DNA of 64,000 nucleotides, from positions 264,017-328,016 of the forward strand of contig NMRA01000427.1 in NCBI GenBank assembly GCA_002633005.1, given 5' to 3'. Of the stretch, positions 39,509 to 53,713 are shown piece by piece (positions within the stretch are counted from its first letter, which is position 1; each line of letters starts with the position of its first letter). The DNA is from Phoronis australis (lineage: Eukaryota; Animalia; Phoronida). The notes under the pieces are model-generated. The model had not been told where the DNA came from. It saw only the letters and a program-made list of their open reading frames with translations, and searched no databases. The position numbers and the translations under genes were made by a program.

Positions 39509-41865
39509 TTATCAAGATCATGAGATGATTTTATAAAGAAAGTGGCCTAAATCAAAAGCTGGGTTTTGATAGAAGGCACAGGTTTATTGTCCCCTTAACC
39601 TTATAGAGTGAAGGCAACTTTAACAGTCTTATTGTGCAGAAGTCAATGGCTTCAACTTTGAGCAAAACATTGCATCACAGCAAAGTGAAGAAGTGTGCAC
39701 AGTTATGAACATGTTTAAATAGGTATAGACAAAATGAGCTCCCTTTTCAAAAACTATTTTCCCTCACAAAGAATACTACCCAAAAATGTTAACTTTTTTC
39801 TTTCTATATTATCAAATAGATGACTTTTATTGTTATTGTTAAAAATTTAAAGTAGTACACCTGCCCTTAACTCCCTCTCTCCAGTGTACACAGTTTTGCA
39901 CTATTAAAAATGTCGATAACACACAATCCTTTATGCTATTCTACCAAGCAAATGACAAAGACAAATTTCGAAAACATAGAGAATCCACATTTCTAAAATG
40001 TCACAAGATTACCCTATTTTCCATGATGAATAAGAGTAGGTACATAATGCTGATAAAAACAACAAATACCGCTTGATTGGGAAAAAGATGCAATTTTACT
40101 AAAATCAGCTCATACATATGTTTTAAAACTAAGTCTAGTTCGTTTCACAATTATTGCTATAATTTTACTAGTTTGACTCATTTTGCCAACTTGCTACAAG
40201 ACGACTTCTGGTAGTACATAACTCTATCAACAGAGGGAACTAACAGCAACATTTGGCACTTGAGGGAAGTCCACAAGGTGTCACAACTATCAGTGAATAC
40301 AGACAACATTTCATTGGGAAGAGTTGCTTAAATGTAAGGTCACCAACTACAGTAATTAGCCCACAAGTGTGCAAACAATAGTAACCATAGTTACCATAGC
40401 AGAGTTGCTTGGAAGAGAGCGAACTAATAGAAATGTGAGGGTTAACGTCACTTCTCAATTTCAAGAGGTAGTACAAACCTCCACTGTTTAATGCTCACAT
40501 GTACACTGAAAAATCAGTAAAAAGGCCAATAGAAGCACTCTACTTATAAACAGGACTCTTGTTAAAGATATGTATTTGCATGCTCTTAATTACGCTAATC
40601 TATACCAGAAACTAAACGACAATCCGATTTTAACATAATTTACGCTAAACAAAGTGCAGTTGTATTCATTGGCAACTCGTAAATGCGAACATAAAAACCT
40701 GCAAATAAGTGACCTTTGCACTAATAACACCTCGCATGCACACATAGCCTGAATCATGCAGTGTTTTTCCCCAGCACCACCTCACGATACTTACTGGACA
40801 CGGTTCAGTGATTTGCAGCACATCATTTTCGCCACAAAACTCGTTCTTAAAAACATTTGGTAATTTTCAACCCCTCATATTCACATCGTCGCTATACATT
40901 GTGTTTCTAAATGATTTGGCCAAGCAATCACAGAAATGAGGAATCAGCCTGCAAGTTTTACTTTAAAGATTAAAGCAAGAAAATACAGTTGAAACATAAT
41001 ATCATACAGAATTCATTAATATGGAATATGTGTTCAGTCCTTCATTTTTAAGGTTACAGCTAGAAAGTGGAAACTGATTGTTTACAGCATCTCTTCCAAA
41101 ATCAAACATGAAAACAAGAATTTAATTATCGCATTCAGAAAAAGTATGGGCAATGACTTATTGAAGCTACAGGACGCAATGGAGTTTCAACTAAGATTCA
41201 AAAACCAAATTTCAACACTGTTTCACTAAAGAGCAATGAAAAGTTTGCTTTGCCCATTCATCCAAAACATGACCCAAGGTCAGATGTTGACCTATAAACT
41301 TTGCACCTAGCTTTTTTCAGTCAGTTGTCATGCTGTAAAATAAAGTATGTACAACCCTTACAGAGTGACTCATTTCCGATCACACCAGTCAAAAATAACA
41401 GAGCAGCATTTTGAGGACTCAGAAATCAAGACAGCACAAAATCGCATGGGTGAAACGCGATTTCTAGCCTAACCTAGCAAAAATAATAGCCACTAAAGTG
41501 ATTGGTCGGTGAGGTTGAAAATAACTGTCAATTGTTGGATTGAATTCACAATCCCAATTCTATATGCGAACAGTTGAAGCTAATGTTTGCATCTATGGAA
41601 CACAGCCAAGTATTGCTGTACATGAATAGTCATATAAATAATTTATCATAGTCCAAAATGTTTCTAAATTTAGACAACTTTTTTAAAATTCGGGAAACAA
41701 ATGGAACCTAAACACAGTGTAGTGTAAACGTCGTATAAATTAATAGTACCTATCACTATGGAAACACTTTCAAGTCTTTTCCTTAAAATCAAACATATGA
41801 AAGTTCAACATTTTCCCACCACTGTAAGAGCAATACCAATATGAAAGACTTTTAATATGGTTACA

Positions 41866-44800
41866 TTAACTAGCCACATAATCAGGAAAGAACTCTGAAT
41901 ACAATAGTCCAGTTGATGAGATAGCGTCCCCTAGTCCCACCGTCTTCAACGGCTGTTTGCATACTAGAACGGGACTCAGCGAAAACCGGAATCCCTCTCG
42001 TGACCAACTCACCACAGGCCTTGAGGCATTGAACACATGCTCATTATTGTCATCGGAGTGAAGACTAAAAGACTCTGGTATACGGAGATCTAGAGTCTCA
42101 CTGTCCAATTCTTCAAGATCGCAGGCTTGCTGACCCGCAATACTTGTTCCTGCAGCGACGGCGGATCTGGCATTTCCCCATGCCGCAGGTAGATAACCGA
42201 CAACATGATAAGTGAGCGAATGAAAATGAACCCGCGTTAGTCTCGATTCACGCCGCTTGGTGGCGTTGTAGCCATAGTGATGAAGAAACCAATGAACCAT
42301 GTCGCCAATTTTGCCAATATCAGGCAGTTTAGCATTGTTCATGAGATCGCTATGGGGACCGCCAGCGACCTTGGCAGCAAAGGTGATCTCCTGCTCATTG
42401 AGGCCAACAGAGGACACTAGTGGTACCACCTATAACAAAGGAATGCAGAATGTATTGAAAAAGCAGATCCAAAAAGCACGAACGTAACCTGACGATTAAT
42501 ATAAACGTTCAAACTACGAAATGTTTCAGCACAACAGACTTTCATGTTTGCAATAATTGGAAACAATTATGGCTCTATGCTCGGCCAGGTGACAGGTGGA
42601 AGTGACCAAAAGTATTTACTGACATCACTGGTCACAAGATATTTACAAATGTATCTCTAAATCCATGGAGAAATTTAACATCCCACGTGTCTCACAGGTT
42701 GGTTCGACCACCGAGCAGGCAAAATTGCTTCTCAGTCCTATATAATCACGTCAACCTAATTCAATAAAGCAATCCTGCTTGCCCAAAAACCAGCATCAGT
42801 CAATCACTCGTGAAAACTGGCTACTGAATTACTTCTATTGTAAAAAACGGAAACAACTGAAATGAGTAAAAAACCACTTCATTGCATGCACCTCTCACTT
42901 TGACCTACTTTGCCAGTATTGAGTAACTCCTCACATACCTGAATCTGATACCTGGAGAGCCTCTTGAGCCACTAAGCACACAAAGACAATGCTAAATCCT
43001 CAAATTACCTCAGTAAGCAGACTTTCCACAAATCTTTCGTCCGACATACTGGCCAGCTCCAGATGAACAGGAAGTGTGCGTGGCAGCGCTGCAAGTCGTC
43101 GGACTAACAAAGACAGTCGTTGTCGCCACAGCTCTGGGGGCTGTGCGTCCAGAAGATGTAGACCAGACAGGATAACCAGATCGGGTTTGAACTGAGCGAT
43201 ATTATCGAAGAACGCGCCAATCATATTACCGCGTCCATTAACAACGTCATGCGAGGTGATGAAACGGTTGGCACGGTGCGCCTCATACGGGCCCCACCTC
43301 TCGCCCACCTGGTACTCCAGGATGAGGTGGAACTCGTCCTCTGTTGTCTGGCTAGACGCCGGTACTGAGATGTTGGTGTGTAACAGCTGCTGTAGCTTGG
43401 GTCCCACAGGACCAAACAGTTGAACCTAGGCAATAGTCGCAGAGTTATTTTGGCACAAGTTGCAACCGGGTTTCTGTCAACTATAAAAAATAAGCTACAT
43501 TAAATTTTTTTAGATGTTTGGGACACAGTGTGGGGGACGAGTACAATTTCATTTTATCAGACATTTCAACAAAAAATTTAAGAACATTTTTTCAGTTCAG
43601 CTATCATCAAACAACTTGCTGTCACTTTGAGCAGTAAGCCTCTGAAAAGTGGAAAAGTGGCAGTTTCAGCAATCACTTTTGTCCTGGCAAATTAAGGAAT
43701 TTTTAGACAAGTGTGCATTCTCTATCCACTTATTGCAGAAAACACAAAATCAAGAAACTTATCCAGTTAGACTTAAAACATTTCCTAGCCAACATATTTC
43801 CGGTTAGAACATTCAATTCAAAATGACAGACCACCAGCAACTGAATTAAAATGGTCATATTTAGAAAGATTGACCGGAGCTGTAATTGTTTTATGAAGCA
43901 TTTTTTTAACATATATGCTCTAAATGCTGTTCATGGCCACGGAAATAAAATTCCATCATGACGAGGAAAATTTAGTAACGAATATACACATCTTAGATTG
44001 AGCTCTCTTCATTCGTGGAAGTAGAAAAATACATTGCATGACTGACCTACTTTTCAAAATGTCAGCCTCTCCTGACTTGATTAACAAGAGGAAGCAGGTC
44101 ATCATGGATAGTTTATTTGGGTCAACTTCTTTGTGTCTGCATTATAATTTAAAATGCAATAATGCGAGTTCACCTGCATGACAATGATGCATTAAATAAC
44201 CATTAGGATATCAGATAGTGACTAGTACATTTGCATGTGAATAAACAGGAAAGTGCAGGACCCGCATGTTGCATTGTGGGTGAATACCTAGAATGAGAGT
44301 GATGCTGTGCTAATTCAGGACGGGTCTATTGATTTTGTTGTTGGCGAATTAAAGAGAAAGAAATGCACTTCAAAAAATGTTGTGCAAGATTGTTCAAATT
44401 AAATGCTTGGAGTTGAAGATAATACTGTGATCAGCTTCAGCACCGGAAATGGACTTAAGGCTACATTTCTTTTTGTTTAGGTGGACGAAAAACAAAAATC
44501 AAAATCATACCTTTTATTTTCATAAAATTGGTCTTTCGTAACATTCTTTGCTGTGGTAGGATTCCATTTCCATTACCAACTCAAGTCATAGACTACGCGT
44601 ACATGAGGACGCCCATGGAAAGCAGTGTGAACTGATGGGGCTACCCTCATTGTAAATATTAGATTAATAAATAATAAATAAAAAATTGAATCCAGGCATG
44701 GAAAGGAGCATTAGGAAACCAATCAAAGAAGAAAGATTGACTTTGATTTCCGTTTTTAGTCATCTAAACAGGACAAAATGCAGCCTTAAAAATTTTGCTT

Positions 44801-47800
44801 GAAGACTAATTTTAAAGAGGCAGGAAGCAAGTCTGTTAAGGTTGAATGGGAAACATTTTCTTCCAAAATGTGTGAAACAATAATGTTGTACTTTTATAGT
44901 ATGGCACTTACCTGTCGGTCTGGGAATGAGGTCACAATCTTCTGTGCCATCAGAGCTGCGTTACCTCCAACGTACCACTGAAAACAGTAATGGACATTTT
45001 ATCACAAAACAAATCAGAAGAACTATTGAAAAAAATGTACATACTGGTAATTATGTTCACAAGTTAATTTTTTTCATTTGCACACAGCATTCTCATTGGC
45101 TGGTGACATCGATATGCAAATTGAAAACAATTAAATAAGAAATATACGATCCCGGTTCTCTGGTACTTTAAATTAGGTTAAAAATTTTTCTCCTTTCACG
45201 CACATTATCTAAACGTCAAGAGTAAGCACTACACAAAATAATTCACTACAAATACTTCAAGGCCTTTGTGCAACCAGCAGACTTCTTTCTATTTATCATG
45301 CAATCAGCAGACTTCTTTCTATACATCATGCAATCAGCAGACTTCTTTCTATATATCATGTAATCAGCAGACTTCTTTCTATATATCGACATGTAATCAG
45401 CAGACTTCTTTCCTTATATCATGCAATCAGCACACTTCTTTCCTTATATCATGCAATCAGCACACTTCTTTCTATACATCATGCAATCAGCAGGCTTCTT
45501 TCTATATATCATGCAATCAGCACACTTCTTTCTATATAACATGCAATCAGCAGACTTCTTTCTATATATCATGCAATCAGCACACTTCTTTCTATATATC
45601 ATGCAATCAGCAGACTTCTTTCTATATATCATGCAATCAGCAGACTTCTTTCTATATATCANNNNNNNNNNNNNNNNNNNNNNNNNNNNNNNNNNNNNNN
45701 NNNNNNNNNNNNNNNNNNNNNNNNNNNNNNNNNNNNNNNNNNNNNNNNNNNNNNNNNNNNNNNNNNNNNNNNNNNNNNNNNNNNNNNNNNNNNNNNNNNN
45801 NNNNNNNNNNNNNNNNNNNNNNNNNNNNNNNNNNNNNNNNNNNNNNNNNNNNNNNNNNNNNNNNNNNNNNNNNNNNNNNNNNNNNNNNNNNNNNNNNNNN
45901 NNNNNNNNNNNNNNNNNNNNNNNNNNNNNNNNNNNNNNNNNNNNNNNNNNNNNNNNNNNNNNNNNNNNNNNNNNNNNNNNNNNNNNNNNNNNNNNNNNNN
46001 NNNNNNNNNNNNNNNNNNNNNNNNNNNNNNNNNNNNNNNNNNNTTAGTGTGCGTTCTCTATCCTCTTATTGAAGAAAACACAAAATCAAGAAACTTATCC
46101 AGCCAGACTTAAAACATTTCCCAGCCAAGATATTTTCGGTTTGAACATTCAATTCAAAATGACAGACCACCAGCAACTGAATTAAAATGGTCAGTTTTAC
46201 ACAGATTGACCGGAGCTATAATTGTTTTATGAAGCATATTTTTAAACTTATATGCTTTAATGCTCTAAATGCTGTTCATGGCCACGGAAATAAAATTCCA
46301 TCATGACGAGGAAAATTTAGTGTCCAATATGCCCATCTTAGATTGAGCTCTCCTCATTCGTGGAGGTAGAAAAATACATTGCATGACTGACCTACTTTTC
46401 AAAATGTCAGACTCTCCTGACATGATTAACAAGGGGAAGCAGGTCATCATGGATAGTTTATTTGGGTCAACTTCTTTATGTCTGCATTATAATTTAAAAT
46501 GCAATAATGCGAGTTTGCCTGCATGACAATGATGCATTAAATAACCATTAGGATATCAAATAGTGACTAGTACATTTGCATGTGAATAAACAGGAAAGTG
46601 CAGGACCCATATGCTGCATTGTGGGTGAATACCTAGAATGAGAGTGATGCTGTGCTAATTCAGGACGGGCCTATTGATTTTGTTGTTGGCGAATTAAAGA
46701 GAAAGAAATGCACTTCAAAAAAATGTTGTGCAAGATTGTTCAAATTAAATGCTTGGAGTTGAAGATAATACCGTGATCAGTTACAGCAGCGGAAATGGAC
46801 TTAAGGCTACATTTCTTTTTGTTTAGGTGGATAAAAAACAAAAATTAAAATTGTACCTTTTATTTTCATAAAATTGGTCTTTCGTAACATTCTTTGCTGT
46901 GGTAGGATTCCATTTCCATTACCAACTCAAGTCATAGACTACGCGTACATGAGGACGCCCATGGAAAGCTGTGTGAACTGATGGGGCTACCCTCATTGTA
47001 AATATTACATTAATAAATAATAAATAAAAAATTGAATCTAGGCATGGAAAGGAGCATTAGGAAACCAATCAAAGAAGAAAGATTGAATTTGATTTCCGTT
47101 TTTAGTCATCTAAACAGGACAAAATGCAGCCTTAAAAATTTTGCTTGAAGACTAATTTTAAAGAGGCAGGAAGCAAGTCTGTTAAGGTATAAGCGGAAAC
47201 ATTTTCTTCCAAAATTTGAGAAACAATAATGTTGTACTTTTATAGTATGGCACTTACCTGTCGGTCTGGGAATGAGGTCACAATCTTCTGTGCCATCAGT
47301 GCTGCATTACCTCCCACATACCACTGAAAACAGTAACGGACATTTTATCACAAAACAAATCAGAAGAACTATTGATGTACAAAAAATGTACATACCGGTA
47401 ATTATGTTCACAAGTTAATTTTTTTTCATTTGCACACAGCATCCTCATTGGCTGGTGACATCGATATGCAAATTGAAAACAATTCAATAAGAAATATACG
47501 ATCCCGGTTCTCTGGGAGTTTAAATTAGGTTAAAAATTTTTCTCCTTTAACGTACATTATCTAAACGTCAAGAGTAAGCATTATACAAAATAATTCACTA
47601 CAAATACTTCAAGGCCTTTATGCAACCAGCAGACTTTTTTCTATACATCATGCAATCACCAGACTTCTTTCTATATATCATGTAATCAGCAGACTTCTTT
47701 CGTTATATCATGCAATCAACAGACTTTTTTCTATACATCATGCAACCAGCAGACTTTTTTCTATACATCATGCAATCAGCAGACTTCTTTCTATATATCA

Positions 47801-50471
47801 TACAATCAGCAGACTTATCTCCTTATATCATTTCATTTAAAAATTAATGACTATCAGGCCTACCTCAACATCATCAGTGTTGCTAGCAGCACTAATTAAA
47901 TCTGCGGCGATAGATTTGGAATCACAGTATCTCTCAGCTGCAGATCCCGTTGAGAAAAAGTGAGCAAATGTCTCTAGGAGGCTATCAACTGATGTTATGA
48001 CATCATGGTCTTTGGTAACGCTCGGTGCCTCATATTGCAGATTTTTAAATACTTTGGTAGCTTGTGCGATGACGTCCACATTTGCATTTACCCTGCGTGA
48101 TAATACCATAGTCAGATCACTACAGGTAGACAAGACATTCATTTTGACCACTCTCACAAGGCTTACTCTCAGGTCAAAGTTAACATAAACCCACAAATGG
48201 AAGTTACCAAGTCAACCCTTGATTTAGACCACTTTTCCCTATAAAATTGGTATCCAGGAGGTGGAATTGACAGTAACAGAGGAAGGGAGGAGGGATTTTT
48301 CCCCTCAACCAAAAAATCACAGCCACCTTTCCACTTAGGTGAGCAAGGGATTCATCACAGAACTATAAAATGTTCCCAAGCTCGAAAATTGTATCTAACC
48401 AAAGCAAGGAACAAGTAATGACTGGTTTCAGCAAGTACCTCAGTCATCAAAATCTCCCCAATTTAGGACACAACATGGCAAACAGGTGAAATTTATTTCC
48501 TCATTTTCTCATAAACGATAGATAGTACAACAATGATGTTTCGTCATACCCAAGTTCTGTATCACAGCGACCAACAGACAGTATTTTAAAAAATTGCCAG
48601 CAGTTACAACAATGCAGGAAGCCCTTGAAAATGAAAAAAAAATGATTTTGAAAATGGGTCAAATCACAATAAGCCATTGGCGTCACGGACAGATTACTCT
48701 AGATATTTGATAGAACTGAAATTTTTAGATGTTCTGGTAGAATTGGTGCTTTTGTTAATAATCACCAACAAAACTTTTTTCAGGCTGTACACACTACAAA
48801 AATTCTGTCCACATCGCAATTTTCTTATTTGTTGGACAAAAACTGCTGAAAAAACATGGAAAGTGGCAACATTTCAAAATATTTTGTGTGGTGCAACGAT
48901 ATCCAGGCATTGGACTACCATGACGGAAAAAGTAATTTTAGCTAAACTTGCCTCAAAACCCACCCATAAATAAAAAAATTGTATTTTTTCTTGATGGAGA
49001 GTTTATTTGTCTCCATTTCCTCAGTAAATGCACCTAGATACGAGTTTTTTCAAACCATACACTAACAATTCAAAGTTGGGGGCTACGGAGAATACAGGGT
49101 CTACGGAGAATACAAGACATTTTTGCTTGTGATCAATTCAAATCCAGGAATTGGTCTAATATTTTTTGTCGGCCAAATACTAGTATAGCTTCTAGACTCC
49201 CAATGTGCAGTATAAAAAAAATTTTTATTAATGGAAGAATTTAATGGAATTCATACAGGGCTACGGAGCATACAGTTTTTTTTTAGGTGACAGTGATATT
49301 ATTTGGTTGAGGAATCCAATCACCAGGACATCTGGTACAAATATGTGGCTTCTAAATCAAATTCTATATACCATCAACTATTAAAAAACACAGTTCAAAA
49401 CACTAGTAATGCTTTTCTTTTTCAGCCATGGCTGTAAGAGAATGAGCACATGCAAATTTACATGTTTTGCATAACATTGACATCATTTTGCAAGTGTGCC
49501 TGAAAATTGTGTTTGACATTTCAGATCCCTGCAATCACCTGAAGAAAAACAAGAAATACATGTTAAGATCATGAAAAAACATTAAATTTCAATTAAAAAT
49601 GTGATTTAATTAAATGCCATGTGTGTTAAAACATGCAATGTTTCAGTGAAACAAAATAACGATGGATTTCTGGCTATTTTCAGCTATATTAACTTATTAA
49701 GGATTATTCTGGCCATAATTAACATTTTTTCGGACTTTAAAATGCATAAATGTCATAAGTACCAGTGCTAAAACAAGATCACCATACAGTTCTAATATCT
49801 GCCAGAGGTGAAGGAACTCTGTCAATATGATTGCATAACATAAAAAATCTAAATTTGCACCCTGAGTGAAAAAACGCCGTGTACTTATAGTTATAGCAAC
49901 GTGCTTTAATTAGCATGAGGCCTAATTCAAGCTTCCGACTTGGGATGGTTACCGTCTACAGCGTCAGCGGCCACTGAAGACGGTGGCTCTGTCTTATAAA
50001 GGTAAGAGTAAGACGTATTTGAGGATTTGAACAATCTTTGTAATTTCACAACAGTCGCACAATTGTGAATTGAGCCCACATGCGTCCTTGAGCTTCTGAT
50101 GGTCTCTTGCCTGACGATCAGAAGCTGAGAACGCCTGTGATTGATTGAGTCAAGCTCAGCTTTCACTGAAAGTTTCAGTATCAAAAAACTGAAAGGAATC
50201 TGATAATAACAGCAAGGACATAAACATCCAAACTCGCTGATTCCCAAGCACCTAGGCTGGATTGCTACTATGGAGTACTATGGAGGAGGACAAAAATAGC
50301 AGCCTACCCGACAGCAATTTTCATGAATGGTCTTTCCGACGTCCGTATTTTCTTTTTCCAAATTTCGATGACCTTCTGAATTGCACCTGATTGGTCGGAA
50401 TTCTTCAGCCAAACACATAAGCATGCGAAAACCGCCACGGCAATAGCTGCAGAATATTTGACGTAAGACAT
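41866..50471 (-). CDS. ADPGK: ADP-dependent glucokinase (479 aa)
   Basis: Exons 50471-50308, 48092-47864, 47323-47258 (or its duplicate 44977-44912), 43425-43009 and 42429-41866 total 1440 nt. N-terminal hydrophobic anchor, KIAVGVNANVD, YVGGNAALMA, HLELAS, GLNEQE, RVHFHSL and catalytic TVGLGDAIS motifs. Confidence 0.95.
44912..44977 (-). CDS. ADPGK: Second copy of ADPGK exon 3 (WYVGGNAALMAQKIVTSFPDRQ)
   Basis: 66 nt, intact CAG acceptor and GTAAGT donor; same peptide as 47323-47258. Confidence 0.8.
45265..45661. repeat. 30-bp minisatellite (runs into gap)
   Basis: Unit atgcaatcagcagacttctttctatatatc, about 13 copies. Confidence 0.95.
47618..47830. repeat. 30-bp minisatellite, shorter array
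   Basis: Same unit, about 7 copies, ~35 bp from the ADPGK exon 2 donor. Confidence 0.95.
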
Positions 50472-51124
50472 TTTGGTCAAGTTAATTTCCCGTCATCCGT
50501 GTCATATTTACATATGTGTGCAACCTTAGGACCGCAGAACAGCCATCGGACATTTCTCCGCTGAAAATGGACCCACAGTGATTTACAAAGATTTGATTGT
50601 TTTTGCCTAATTTTGATTCGCTGTTTGTTTTAATGTTCATGCTTTGCAGCTTATTTTGGCTGCTATGCAACAGCTGTTAAAAAGTATTAAAATCAAGTTA
50701 AAGCGCACTGATACAATAAATCACCGCAAAGATGTTCTTTTGTCTGTTACTCTGACAATTAGAAATTTCTAAAATATAAACGAACTATAATGTAAAACTG
50801 TGAGTTAGACTTTTATAGAGACATTACTGGGCAGTTTTCAATTTGATATTTTGGTCATTTTTTACTTCAAACGTATTTACAGACGAAATAGCAACGGAGA
50901 CGACAGAAGTCTTCTGGTTTGAAGATGGGAAAGCTCAGTTACATTGCTATTTTCTCGCCACACAAAATGTCCGTGACCATAGGAATCGACGCTTTTTGCT
51001 GTGGCTAAGATTTATTTGAGCGACTTTAGCTAAGTATTCTGTGAGTATGAAACTTGTGCATTTTTAAATATTTTACTAGCATTTTGTGGTTTTATAATGC
51101 GTAGTGTAGCACTAAGACTTGGTA

Positions 51125-52235
51125 CAAAGTTGCAAACTACGCAGATTACAACACCCTCTCCTTCACTGACAACAACACCAACGGTGAACAACCCACTCTC
51201 CGTTACTGAAAACAAGATAGTGAATCACTCATCAACTGGTTCGCTGTAAATGGCATGCCAGCAAATCCTGAAAAATTCCAAGCAATCTGTATAGGGAAAA
51301 AATGAACACATTCTGTAAAACCCTCTCCATTGGAAATTGCGAAATACCTCCTTGTGAGCCGAAAGTTAAACTTTTAGGAATAGTCATTGATACCAACCTA
51401 ACTTTTGACTCCCATATTTCGGACATTTGCAAAAGAGCCTGACAACAAATAAACGTTCTAAGAAGAATTTGACACCACCTTACGATAAAGGGTTGACTTG
51501 CCATTTTTAACTCCTTCGTCCTTTCAAATTTCAACTACTGCCCCTTCTCATGGCATTTTTGCTCAAAAGAAAATACACTCAAACTAGAAAAACTTCATCT
51601 CAGAGCCCTACGTTTTGTTTACAATGACAACATTAGCACGCACGACCAACTACTCTCTCTAGCTAACAAACCACCCCTTCATCTACACAGACTTCGCCTT
51701 ATTGCAATAGTAGTATCTAAAATCCTTCATGGTGAATCTCCCAAGACACTTTCTTCACTTATAAGGAAGCAAGAAAACAATTACTCCTTTGACTACAGCA
51801 ACCTTCTAGCTTTTCCTCAAGTTAAATCTGTTAAATATGGAAAACAGTCTTTTCACTTCGAGGCTGCTCGGGTCTGGAACACTCTACCGAATCTATTGCT
51901 CACAACAGAGTCTTTCACCATTTCAAACCTGGACTGGCCCTAAATGCAGCTGTTCTCTTTGTAAACTTTCCAGGTTATGCTGTAATTAGTGTATACACTC
52001 GTTTCTTTTATGATTTATCTAGATTATAGCATTTATACGTGTACCCATTATTGTGTATGCTCATTTGACCCTAGCTAGTACATAGTTTAGCGATTACGAC
52101 AACTTTACTTTTTTACAATTATATCTCTGTGTTATTCTCCACCTCTAGCTTAAGTTCCATTTTCTTCATGTTTTCTGTTAAATTCAATGTCGTAAAAATA
52201 GCCCAACTGGCTAATGTTAATCTGTTCTCCGACCG
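51125..52235 (+). mobile_element. 5'-truncated CR1-clade LINE (decayed RT C-terminus plus 3' UTR)
   Basis: NYADYNTLS (YADD motif mutated), WFAVNGMPANPEKFQ, VKLLGIVID.NLTFDSHI, SNFNYCP..WHFC, RALRFVYND, YGKQSF...VWNTLP, WTGPKCSCSLC; several stops and frameshifts. Confidence 0.9.
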
Positions 52236-52343
52236 ACCTGGAGAGGCTTCCTTGGACTGTCATGCCCGGAAGTAACGTTGGATACTTGCATTAGCAAACT
52301 CAGCCATTCAAATGACACCTACTAGTCTGCTATGGCAGTTTAA

Positions 52344-52964
52344 AAGGAACCCCATCTGATGGACATCATTTTCTTACATCACTCTCCCACTTTTGGTACA
52401 AAGAAGGGTGTTGTTTACAACTATATGAAAATACATATTCGATATTACTATTTTCTGAAAGCTCCCGTCATGGTGTTTCTGTTATAGCCCAAACTGATTT
52501 GACACACTTCAGTTTGGCGCAGGTTAGTGAGCCAAACTGATGCCTCTGACAAACTGAAGCTACCATGAGTTCCATAATTACTGGGAGTGATTTATGGGTT
52601 TATGGGTTTATGGGTTTTTAAAAGTTATAAGAATCGAAACTGACGACAGTGAGTGCAGGGGGCGCGTAATAGTTTCTTAGGACACTCGCCCCATATTATC
52701 TGCCTATGTGAACACTCACTCTCATCTATTTCAGTTATGATAAGCGTTAAAAATCATGTATCGCACAATGTGTTTCTATGTTTGTGTATTTTAACCTGCT
52801 GGTGACATTAGTTATCTTATTGCCTGACTTCAATTGTTTAACACTTTTTGTCTCGAAAACGACATATGTCCGCTAGGAATCAAGGCTTTTGGAGGACAAC
52901 ATTTTCCCCTGAGAACACGCATTCTCTTTTTTTTCTAAAAGAGAAGTTATGAATAGGCTCCCTT
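52344..52964. mobile_element. Possible non-autonomous TTAA-targeting element (Kolobok-like)
   Basis: TTAA|AAGGAACCCCAT ... ATAGGCTCCCTT|TTAA (9/12 inverted match). Confidence 0.4.
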
Positions 52965-53590
52965 TTAAGTGACTATTAGGCATTTTGTACTCAGAGTTTC
53001 CTTCATGTACCACCTGCGATCTTCAACATACTAGCCAATTCTTGGGTAGTCCGACACACGCATGATCGTTTCAGTTATCATTCCTGCTCAGAGGTGTCAC
53101 ACTTTTATAATGGCTTCCACTCAAGATCGGCTTACTAGCAAATGAAAACATCAGAAAAACAGTCCATCCATGAATAAAAAGAAACCAGTCATTGCAAGTA
53201 ATGCATTTTTGGAATCGCCATCACAAGAGGATTCAGAAAATATAATTTGTAGCAATGTCAAGTATGTACGCTAATAGTCATTGATCTCAAAATGTACACT
53301 AAACAGCTGAACGTGTCCTTCACTCTGTTTTTGGTTTGGTAAACTGACATTATTGGGCAATGATGGTAACTTCAGTGAAGAAAAATTTCCTAAGAATGTT
53401 GAGCCTGGTTTTGACTGCAGTGATGAACTTTCAATTCCTTCCAAGGCAAGAAATCGCCTCAAATATGAGTAAGGAACAGCTTGAGACCAGCCGAAATTAC
53501 ATAATCTTACTTTAAATTTCATATTAGTGGTTATTGTTGATCTTAGCAATGGCCAAAAACTTTAGTAATTTCAGTTAATTTAGGTGTCTT

Positions 53591-53686
53591 TTGTATGGTA
53601 TTGAATGGTATTGTATGGTATTGGATGGTATTGTATGGTATTGAATGGTATTGTATGGTATTGAATGGTATTGTATGGTATTGTAT
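53591..53686. repeat. (TTGWATGGTA)n repeat abutting a splice acceptor
   Basis: About 9.5 decamer units ending 9 nt before the LRR-gene exon at 53696. Confidence 0.95.
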
Positions 53687-53713
53687 GTATTTCAGGTGTA
53701 CGATGCTCTGACT

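Larger units (their letters stand above)
43710..47830. repeat. ~1.9-kb duplication flanking an N-gap, containing ADPGK exon 3
   Basis: 43710-45661 vs 46047-47830; copy 1 ends at the gap and copy 2 starts 2 nt after it. Confidence 0.9.

Noticed and set aside
45266-46072. 268-aa and 208-aa repeat ORFs
   Set aside because: 30-bp intronic minisatellite plus an N-run; not coding.
49927-50247. 106-aa ORF as ADPGK N-terminus
   Set aside because: The true exon 1 is 50471-50308, ending KIAVG at a GT donor; this ORF is intronic.
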